Of a DNA stretch of 64,000 nt, positions 48,296 through 55,479 are shown piece after piece (the stretch's first letter is position 1; each line of letters begins with the position of its first letter). The DNA is from an uncultured Verrucomicrobiae bacterium (GTDB taxonomy: Bacteria; Verrucomicrobiota; Verrucomicrobiia; Chthoniobacterales; JAFAMB01), in the NCBI GenBank assembly GCA_963762565.1, contig CAVXLD010000010.1, positions 384,001 to 448,000 of the forward strand. The letters are read 5' to 3'. The notes under the pieces are model-generated. The model was given only the letters and a program-made list of their open reading frames with translations, was not told the origin of the DNA and made no database searches. Position numbers and translations under genes: made by a program.

Positions 48296-49489
48296 CTACC
48301 TCACCGCAACCGTACGCCGAAATTGACGAGGTGAAACACCTAACTTCTTTTTGAATAACGCGCTGAGATATTCGACGCCGGAAAAGCCGAGCTGCCGGGC
48401 AATCTCGGCGATAGAAAGATCGGTTGTGGTTAACAGCTCTTTCACCCGCTCGATGCGCAAGCGCAGAATCTCTTCGTAAGGAGATCGGCCAAGCAACTTT
48501 TGGAATCTTCGTTCCAATACCGTCCGTGACACGGAAACGGTTCTCAATACATCTTCAACCCCGATCCCATCACAAGCATGGTCACGGATAAATCTTAGTG
48601 CACTCGCGATCTGTTTGTCTTCAACCACAATGCGGTCCGTAGACCGCCTGGCGCAAACCCCGATCGGTTCGATATACTTAATCGATGACAGCAGACTGGC
48701 TCCATTCATCAGCTGGTCGAGCATCTTGGCCGCTTCGTAACCGGCCCTACGAGAGTTCGGAATGACACTTGAAAGCGGTGGATCACACAACTCACAAAGC
48801 AATTCGTCATTGTGATGCCCTATCACCGCCACCTCATCCGGAACCCGGATACCAATCTGCCGGCACACGTCGAGCAATTGTTGTCCGCGAATATCATAAC
48901 AGGCAAAGATGCCAGCCGGTTTAGCGATATGAACAACCCATTGAATCAGCTTGTCTTGTTCCAGGCGCCAATCGTGGGCGTCTCCTAGTTTGCTATTGAA
49001 GTTATCAACCACAAACCCTGCTGCTTTGATGTACCGGCCGAAGTTTTGTTCGTGGCGAAGGGACCATTCGAATCTGACATCACCACAAAATCCAAACGAC
49101 TGAAACCCGTGGTCCAACAGATGTTCGGCTGCAGCTCGGCTCACCCCATCGCTGCTGCTGGCCACGGTGGGATAGCTCCATTTCAAGCTCGCCGTGCTAA
49201 CGTTGACCACCGGCAAGTTAGCTTCGATCACGGCATCTTCTATTTGATGATTCTCCATTCGAGCAATGATGCCGTCTCCGCGCCATTTATGAAACCAGGG
49301 TGGCGGCTCATCGCCCCGGCCTTGCTCAGTGAAATGGATTTCCCAATCCGCTCTCTCGCGCATGTAAGCTCGAATCCCGACCAGCAAGCCGCGGCTGTAG
49401 GCATTCGAAGTTTCGATCAGCAGCGCCACCTGTGGACGCCGGTTAATTCTGTCAGCGTGATCAAGCACAACGGGACGAAGGGTAACCAA
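48296..49489 (-). CDS. xylR: XylR-type regulator (periplasmic-binding fold + AraC HTH)
   Basis: VALLIETSNAYSRGLL.GI, DGIIAR, VPDEVAVIG, C.PPLSSV and R.STD motifs; AraC C-terminus. Confidence 0.85.
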   Translation of the reverse strand: MVTLRPVVLDHADRINRRPQVALLIETSNAYSRGLLVGIRAYMRERADWEIHFTEQGRGDEPPPWFHKWRGDGIIARMENHQIEDAVIEANLPVVNVSTASLKWSYPTVASSSDGVSRAAAEHLLDHGFQSFGFCGDVRFEWSLRHEQNFGRYIKAAGFVVDNFNSKLGDAHDWRLEQDKLIQWVVHIAKPAGIFACYDIRGQQLLDVCRQIGIRVPDEVAVIGHHNDELLCELCDPPLSSVIPNSRRAGYEAAKMLDQLMNGASLLSSIKYIEPIGVCARRSTDRIVVEDKQIASALRFIRDHACDGIGVEDVLRTVSVSRTVLERRFQKLLGRSPYEEILRLRIERVKELLTTTDLSIAEIARQLGFSGVEYLSALFKKKLGVSPRQFRRTVAVR

Positions 49490-49750
49490 TGACCGTTTGC
49501 AGATCTGAAGCCGCAGTCAAAACAAAAACTAATCCGGGACACCGGCATCCCGGAGAAATAGAACGGTTTTGAGAGCTCTTCTTCGCCGGCGCTGCCAGTG
49601 TCCCGGATTAGATCGCTGTTAAACCGGCGCTTTCGCGCCGGTTTAAAAGCCGCAGCCTGCATTTCTCACAAAGCCGAGCTGCTGAAATTTGCTCATTTAG
49701 AGAAGTGCGCCCGGAGCCGAAAGCTTTGACAAGCCGCACATTTGTGAGAA

Positions 49751-50005
49751 ATGCAGGCTATGGGGGAGTTTTATTCAGACTTAGCTCAAGCGCTACGGGA
49801 CCGGCTTCAAGTGATTGGGGATAAGACTCTTCAGAATAATCCGAGCGCTCATTTGGAAAAGCTGCGTGAAGCCTCCGAACGCATCGATGCTCTAAAGACC
49901 AAACTTCCGCCGAACGCAGATCCCCGACTGATGCATTATCTCGATCGGATGAGCCTGAGTAAGGCCTTGGAATTTATAGAAACCGAGTGCCTCGCCAAAG
50001 GATAG
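49751..50005 (+). CDS. Small hypothetical helical protein
   Basis: 84-aa ORF ending L.HYL.R.S..KALEF; TTGACA at 49726. Start may be 49760. Confidence 0.65.
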   Translation: MQAMGEFYSDLAQALRDRLQVIGDKTLQNNPSAHLEKLREASERIDALKTKLPPNADPRLMHYLDRMSLSKALEFIETECLAKG

Positions 50006-50008
50006 TAT

Positions 50009-50183
50009 GCGTTCGGCGCTCGGCGTTTGGCGTTTGGCGTTTCCCGGGAGCGGCGTCGCGCTTGGAGAAAACACTTGCTCTAAGAACCAAACCAATGATT
50101 ATCACCGCGAGGTAGCGGCACAGCGTGGCAAGCGGCAACCACCGAACGCCGAACGCCAAACGCCGAACGAGCAACGCTAAACG
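50009..50183. repeat. Fold-back element with (GGCGTTY)n / (RAACGCC)n arms, copy 2
   Basis: Same heptamer as 26888-27172 but with an unrelated core. Confidence 0.85.
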
Positions 50184-50192
50184 GTACCGGCG

Positions 50193-51080
50193 ATGCGTGT
50201 CGCGATCCTAGCCGATATTCATGCCAACATCTCCGCGCTTGAGGCGGTGATCGCGGACTTGGAGGCAGTCGAGCCGGATCGGGTCATCGTGGCGGGCGAT
50301 TTTCAGAACCGCGGTCCTTTCCCTCGCGAAGTGACCTACCGCCTATTCGCCTTGGACTGGACCTTGCTGCGCGGCAATCATGAAGATTACGTAATAATTC
50401 AGAGTCAACCGGCGCAGAACGTTGACCAGATTGATGCTTATTCCTGGCAACCAGCTCGCTGGACCGCCGAACAAGTCCCTGAGACAGTTCCGCGCCTGAA
50501 GTCTTTACCGATCTCCATCGCAACCGACGGCCCGGATGGCTCGAAAGTCTGCTTCGCTCATGGCTCACCGCGTTCCAACGAAGAAGGGTTCTTCCCTTCA
50601 ACCACTGACGCCAAAGCCAAAGAGATGCTTGGCACATCTCCACCTCAAGTCCTCTGTTGCGGGCACACCCATATTCCACTCACGAAACAGATTGACGGAA
50701 CATCTGTATTTAACGTTGGATCCGTCGGATTTCCTTTTGACGGCGATTCGCGCGCCGCATATGGGATGCTTTCGTGGAAGGATGGACGTTGGGAAACAGA
50801 GCTCAGGCGCGTCGGTTATCCGGTAGCCGACGTTGTTGCTGCAGTCAGCGACCCCGGTTTCTACGAAGGCGCCGGCCCTTTGGGCCGCATCATCCAACGC
50901 GAGCTTGAGTCCGCCCGCCCGCATCTAACACTGTTTACCATGACGTTTCTACCGCGCGTTCGAGCGGGTGAGTTCGGTATCACCGAGGCAGTCACCGAAT
51001 ATCTCCGTCACCCGCAAGCCGAGATCGAGACCTGGTACGCCCAGATCCGAAACAAAAAAATGGCGGATAGCGAGCCGTAA
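50193..51080 (+). CDS. Calcineurin-like metallophosphoesterase
   Basis: ADIHAN, AGD, RGNHE, AHGSP, GHTH and NVGSVG motifs. Confidence 0.92.
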   Translation: MRVAILADIHANISALEAVIADLEAVEPDRVIVAGDFQNRGPFPREVTYRLFALDWTLLRGNHEDYVIIQSQPAQNVDQIDAYSWQPARWTAEQVPETVPRLKSLPISIATDGPDGSKVCFAHGSPRSNEEGFFPSTTDAKAKEMLGTSPPQVLCCGHTHIPLTKQIDGTSVFNVGSVGFPFDGDSRAAYGMLSWKDGRWETELRRVGYPVADVVAAVSDPGFYEGAGPLGRIIQRELESARPHLTLFTMTFLPRVRAGEFGITEAVTEYLRHPQAEIETWYAQIRNKKMADSEP

Positions 51081-51306
51081 AGCGAGCGTCTGGAGGGGAG
51101 CCGCTTTATACCAGGGCAGCTCTATCGGACAGCAGCAAGCGGCTCCCGGGAATTACCCAGCGATTCGCAAGTCTGCGTGCTGGCTTGGAAAAAGACTGGT
51201 CGGATGAAGGTAAGCCGCCGAGCTGTTCCTTGGAGCCGCCCCGCTCGACAACTCTCCCGGACCATCGAAGAAGCAACCGAACGGGTAATCGATTGGCTGA
51301 ATCCGC

Positions 51307-51849
51307 TTACCCAATCCTTTTCCGCATAAAAATCGTGGCCTGCGGATTCGAATTATAGCGGTCGCAATGCTCATAGCCGTGCCGTTCGTAGAAGCCTATA
51401 GCCTCCACCAGATCGCTTTTCGAATCTAGGTACAGCCATTCATAACGAGCAGTCTTCGTCGCAAATTCTTCCAATGCCTGCAGCAAGCTCTCCGCGAGAC
51501 CTCGCCGTCGATAGGCCGGTTTCACGTAGAGCCGCTTAATCTCGCCACTCCGAACCGGGGAGGCCAGAGCGTGAAGAACGATGCACCCAACCGGCTCTTC
51601 CCCCGCAAACGCGAGCCAAACGCCCCCATCATCTCCCAACGCATAGTCGTTAAACTTGCTCTCCGTGTCGCGGACCCAGACGTCGATTGCCTGAAAATAT
51701 TCCTTCACCAGTTCGAACGCGCCTGGCAGATCGTCCTGGGTTGCTCGGCGGATGAAACTGGGAGGGCGCGCGTCCCCGCGCGCCGCGAAGGTTGAGCGCC
51801 GGCCAGAGTTGGAAAGGACGGGTCGATCAATGCTTGGTTCGCTGGACAT
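51307..51849 (-). CDS. GNAT family N-acetyltransferase
   Basis: EIKRLYV.P.YRRRGLA and A..FYERHGY motifs; divergent from the LysR gene. Confidence 0.9.
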   Translation of the reverse strand: MSSEPSIDRPVLSNSGRRSTFAARGDARPPSFIRRATQDDLPGAFELVKEYFQAIDVWVRDTESKFNDYALGDDGGVWLAFAGEEPVGCIVLHALASPVRSGEIKRLYVKPAYRRRGLAESLLQALEEFATKTARYEWLYLDSKSDLVEAIGFYERHGYEHCDRYNSNPQATIFMRKRIG

Positions 51850-51933
51850 GAGAGTTTTCCTTTATAAGCAAAACTCGCTACAGGTGATCCATATGTCCAA
51901 TATCTGATTATGATGTATTGATATCTCTAGAAT

Positions 51934-52884
51934 ATGAGTGAGTTGATCGAGCTTCGGCATCTTCGTTACTTCGTTACGGTCGCTGAGGACTTGCATTTCA
52001 GCCGGGCCGCTAAACGGCTGCATATCGCGCAGCCGCCGCTGTCTCAACAGATTCGCAAACTAGAGCAGTACATTGGGCATCCTTTGTTCATTAGAAATTC
52101 GCGTACCGTGACTTTAACCCAAGCCGGCGAAATCCTGCTCGAACGTTCTCGTTACTTACTCCGGCGACTGGAAGAGGACCTGGAAACGGTTCGCAGAGTA
52201 GGCAGAGGCGAGATCGGGACGTTGACGGTAGGTTTTATCGGATCAGCGATGCTCACGGTTCTTCCCGCTCTCATTGGCAGTTACCGCAAACGTTTCCCCA
52301 AGGTAGATTTACGGCTTCGGGAGTTAACCACTAGCCGCTTAGTCGATGCCATCCGCCAAGGCGCGGTTGATCTGGGCTTCTTGCGAGATGCCGGCCCAAC
52401 GGAAGGCTTAGTGGTTGAACGGGTAGTGGCGGAACGATTTGTAGTGGCTCTAACTGAGAAACATCCCTTAGCGGATCGAAAGAAAATATCGCTCTTACAC
52501 CTCAAGGAAGACCCTCTGATCCTATTCGCCCGCGAGTTGGGCCCGTTGGCCTGGGACAAGACAATCGCACTTTGTGAGACTTCAGGATTCCACCCCGCGA
52601 TTGTCCAAGCCGCACCGGAATGGCTAACCGTACTTAGACTCGTTAGTTCAGGTCTTGGCTTTTCCATCGCACCTGCTTGTGTTGCCACCATCCAAACACC
52701 AGGAGTAGTTTGCCGTGAGTTAACTAAGTGTCCGGTCTCAACCAATATCGAACTGGCCCGGCGCAGCGATCACCTCAATCCGATCATGGAAGCTTTTCTG
52801 GCCGAAGCGAAAGAAATGTTTCGGGTGATGGGACGCGGATCGGAGCCCGCGATCGGTAGGGCGAAAACCTCGGCGCGCCCTTGA
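51934..52884 (+). CDS. LysR family transcriptional regulator
   Basis: LRHLRYFV.VAE.LHFSRAA.RLHIAQPPLSQQI HTH. Confidence 0.95.
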   Translation: MSELIELRHLRYFVTVAEDLHFSRAAKRLHIAQPPLSQQIRKLEQYIGHPLFIRNSRTVTLTQAGEILLERSRYLLRRLEEDLETVRRVGRGEIGTLTVGFIGSAMLTVLPALIGSYRKRFPKVDLRLRELTTSRLVDAIRQGAVDLGFLRDAGPTEGLVVERVVAERFVVALTEKHPLADRKKISLLHLKEDPLILFARELGPLAWDKTIALCETSGFHPAIVQAAPEWLTVLRLVSSGLGFSIAPACVATIQTPGVVCRELTKCPVSTNIELARRSDHLNPIMEAFLAEAKEMFRVMGRGSEPAIGRAKTSARP

Positions 52885-53081
52885 TGCAGCAGCCACCTGG
52901 ATCTATCGCGCCGGGTTTGAGCCGCGCCGCGCGTATGGCTTTGCCCATGGTGTGGCCGGACTGAAAAACGCTGGGTTGGCGGCGATTTAGATGGCTGCCA
53001 CACTCACGCATGGCTCAAATCCGGCGCGGTTTGGCGAAGGGGTCAGCTACGTCCTGGGCGCGCCGAGATTTTCGCCCTACC
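52855..53081. repeat. REP-like/MITE-like element, family R2 (long form)
   Basis: Terminal IRs and core match 41877-42107; overlaps the LysR 3' end. Confidence 0.9.
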
Positions 53082-53132
53082 GGCATTGCTCTACTTGCTT
53101 GCTCTAATTGCTCTCTAGTTTATCTTACTATC

Positions 53133-53675
53133 ATGACCACGGCCACCTTAGCCAAGACTGCGGCCGAACAAATCGCTAAGCTACGACCGGCTGGCGAGGC
53201 AGCTGATGCCTTTCTCGAAGCCGTAGCCGAAAACTATATCGCCCGGGAACTACCCCGTAAAGCGGAGCGTGCCCGGCTGTTACAACGAGCACGAGCCAGA
53301 GGCGCGGCTCTCAAGGCCAAATTGCAACAGGACGGCGAATTTCTCTCGAGCGAAGCTCTCGCCGAATTTCTCGGTATCCGGCGACAGGCCATCGACGGCC
53401 GCCGTAAGACCGGTAAGCTCGTTGCCTGGCGCGATCAGCGTGCACATTGGCAATTCCCTCTTTGGCAGTTTGATCTGGACAAGAAAACAGTTCTTCCGGG
53501 GATCGCCGAATGCCTTAGGGAATTGCCAGACGATGATTGGAGTCGCATGCTTTTCTTTCTCAGTATCGACGAGGCATTATCGAAAAAAGAGAGACCAATC
53601 GATCTCCTACGCCAAGGCGAACGGACCGCTGCCGTGATTAAATCGGCCGAACGTTACGGTCGTCATGGCGAATGA
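53133..53675 (+). CDS. Putative antitoxin (HTH-like region + MbcA/ParS/Xre-like C-terminus)
   Basis: LSSEALAEFLGIRRQAI..RR..GKL, FP.WQF and L....RPIDLL..G motifs; ATGA overlap with the RES gene. Confidence 0.75.
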   Translation: MTTATLAKTAAEQIAKLRPAGEAADAFLEAVAENYIARELPRKAERARLLQRARARGAALKAKLQQDGEFLSSEALAEFLGIRRQAIDGRRKTGKLVAWRDQRAHWQFPLWQFDLDKKTVLPGIAECLRELPDDDWSRMLFFLSIDEALSKKERPIDLLRQGERTAAVIKSAERYGRHGE

Positions 53676-54265
53676 GCTCCGAGTTCCCGCCGCCGAGCCC
53701 GGAGCTCTCGAAACGAACCCTCCCTCGAAGAAGATCGCCCAAAACACTGGTCCGGCTCAGCCGCCAGGAATTTCGGGACCCGATCTTTTGGAGCACAAAA
53801 GGCAAATACCGCTTCGATTCAACTACGGCTCGTTACGGCGTGCTCTATACGGCTAACAGCTTAGAGGGAGCGATTCTGGAAGTATTCGGTGACCGCTGGC
53901 TCGAACATCGAGCGTTATCGGAACAGCTTTTGCGTTCGTACAACCTAGTGAAGCTCAACATCACATCGGGACTCTGGCTAGCTAACACGCTCGGATCCAA
54001 TCTGATGTTTGCCGGAATTGATGCGCGACTTTTCGTATCCACCGATTACGACAAAACCCAGGCTTGGGGACGAGCCTTTATGGAGCATCCTCAAAATTTT
54101 GACGGGATCCTTTATCATTCCCGCAAAAATCCGCGCAAGCTCAACTGTGCTTTCTTTGAAACGGAGTCGGCCCAGAAAGCAATTACCGTTGCCGACACCG
54201 TGCCGTTAATCGACACGAACGAGTTGTATCCGATTTTGGAGCGATACGAGATTATGCTGTTGTGA
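53672..54265 (+). CDS. RES-domain toxin (NAD+ phosphorylase family)
   Basis: YRFD, VLYTA....AILE and DGILYHSR provide the R, E and S residues. Confidence 0.85.
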   Translation: MSSEFPPPSPELSKRTLPRRRSPKTLVRLSRQEFRDPIFWSTKGKYRFDSTTARYGVLYTANSLEGAILEVFGDRWLEHRALSEQLLRSYNLVKLNITSGLWLANTLGSNLMFAGIDARLFVSTDYDKTQAWGRAFMEHPQNFDGILYHSRKNPRKLNCAFFETESAQKAITVADTVPLIDTNELYPILERYEIMLL

Positions 54266-54342
54266 TTGTGGGCTAGCTGTTGATCGAAATGAATACCGCC
54301 TAAAAACATCTCCAACCCCGTGGAATCGCGGAGGGAAAATCG

Positions 54343-54583
54343 GGGAGGGCGCGCTGCCTGTCCGACATAGCCTTATGCATCCGATCGGTTTTTCTCCGAG
54401 CGGGGCGACGTCGGATCCCCGCGCGCCGCGAGGACGCGTCACAACTTGAAAATGTATTTTCGTCCGCGATCACGAGACCTCCTCGACTTCGGTAACAACG
54501 GATCGCGAGGATCCGACGTCGCCAGCGCTGGGAAGAAAAGACCCTCGATGGAAGGCTATGTCGGACAGGCTGCGATCCCTCCC
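54343..54583. repeat. Composite REP-like element, R3-related
   Basis: GGGAGGG..GCCTGTCCGACATAGCCTT / AAGGCTATGTCGGACAGGC..CCCTCCC outer arms; inner GGCGACGTCGGATCC / GGATCCGACGTCGCC IR. Confidence 0.85.
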
Positions 54584-54637
54584 AAGCTTGTCGCCCGCTC
54601 GCCGTTTCGCCCACTCGCCCACTCGCCCTTTCGCCAC

Positions 54638-55237
54638 CTACTGCTTGCCCTTCTGAATCTCTTCAGGCCAAACGAAACCGCTCTGAAGGAAGTCGACCAG
54701 AGAAGCGCCATTGGCGCCTTCTGAAGCCGCATAAGTGAAACGATACTCGATATTCCAGTCGCCCCGACGTGCTACTAACAAGCGTGACCGTAGCGGTTGA
54801 ACTTTCCCGGCAAAAGTATCGGTGTATTCATAATTGGCCACGAGCGCTGGGTTCTTTTTGGGACTAACGAAACCCGTCCCACGGTCTACCAACTTTGTAT
54901 CCTGGTGTAGAGCGACGATCTGATTCTCACGAACCACAAACTCCGTTTCTAACAGTCGGCCGTTGCTCGGATACACATAGATCGTCGCGGCGATTCGCGG
55001 TGTATCAACTTCGTAGCCAATCGATACCCCCTGTCCAGCCGTATCATATTGCCGGGTCATAACTCGCTGGAATTTTCCGATCTTATTTGGAAACGAAAAT
55101 CCGGACGCGATATGAATGATATTGCCGTCAAGAGTCACCGCAAAGGGACCGGAAGCGGCCTTCGCCCGCTCATCGCCTAGAGTGAACACCAAGCCAATGC
55201 ACGCCAGCCAAAGACGCAGATCGGATCGCATAGGCAA
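54638..55237 (-). CDS. Hypothetical secreted protein
   Basis: Signal peptide (AKA|A) followed by a beta-rich domain. Confidence 0.7.
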   Translation of the reverse strand: MPMRSDLRLWLACIGLVFTLGDERAKAASGPFAVTLDGNIIHIASGFSFPNKIGKFQRVMTRQYDTAGQGVSIGYEVDTPRIAATIYVYPSNGRLLETEFVVRENQIVALHQDTKLVDRGTGFVSPKKNPALVANYEYTDTFAGKVQPLRSRLLVARRGDWNIEYRFTYAASEGANGASLVDFLQSGFVWPEEIQKGKQ

Positions 55238-55359
55238 TTACTGCCCGGGAGGCTGCGATTCTTCAAGACCAACCCTGTGTCCTGTCCCATAAATAACATG
55301 GCTTCGCTCGGCAGCTGCCGGGCGGCTGCCGACCGGCGGTCCATTTTGATCGCAACGAA

Positions 55360-55375
55360 AGGCACGTTATTTGCG
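55360..55375 (+). promoter_or_regulatory. Candidate sigma-54 (-24/-12) promoter
   Basis: AGGCACG-TTAT-TTGCG versus consensus TGGCACG-N4-TTGCW, about 105 bp before ATG 55480. Confidence 0.45.
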
Positions 55376-55479
55376 TGCAACTCCCTGGACACGGATTAGA
55401 TTCGGGGTCGCGAACATACGATGTTGTTTGAGACATCAGGGTTGGTGTTCGATCTGCTATAAAACCTCGTTCGAGTTCT

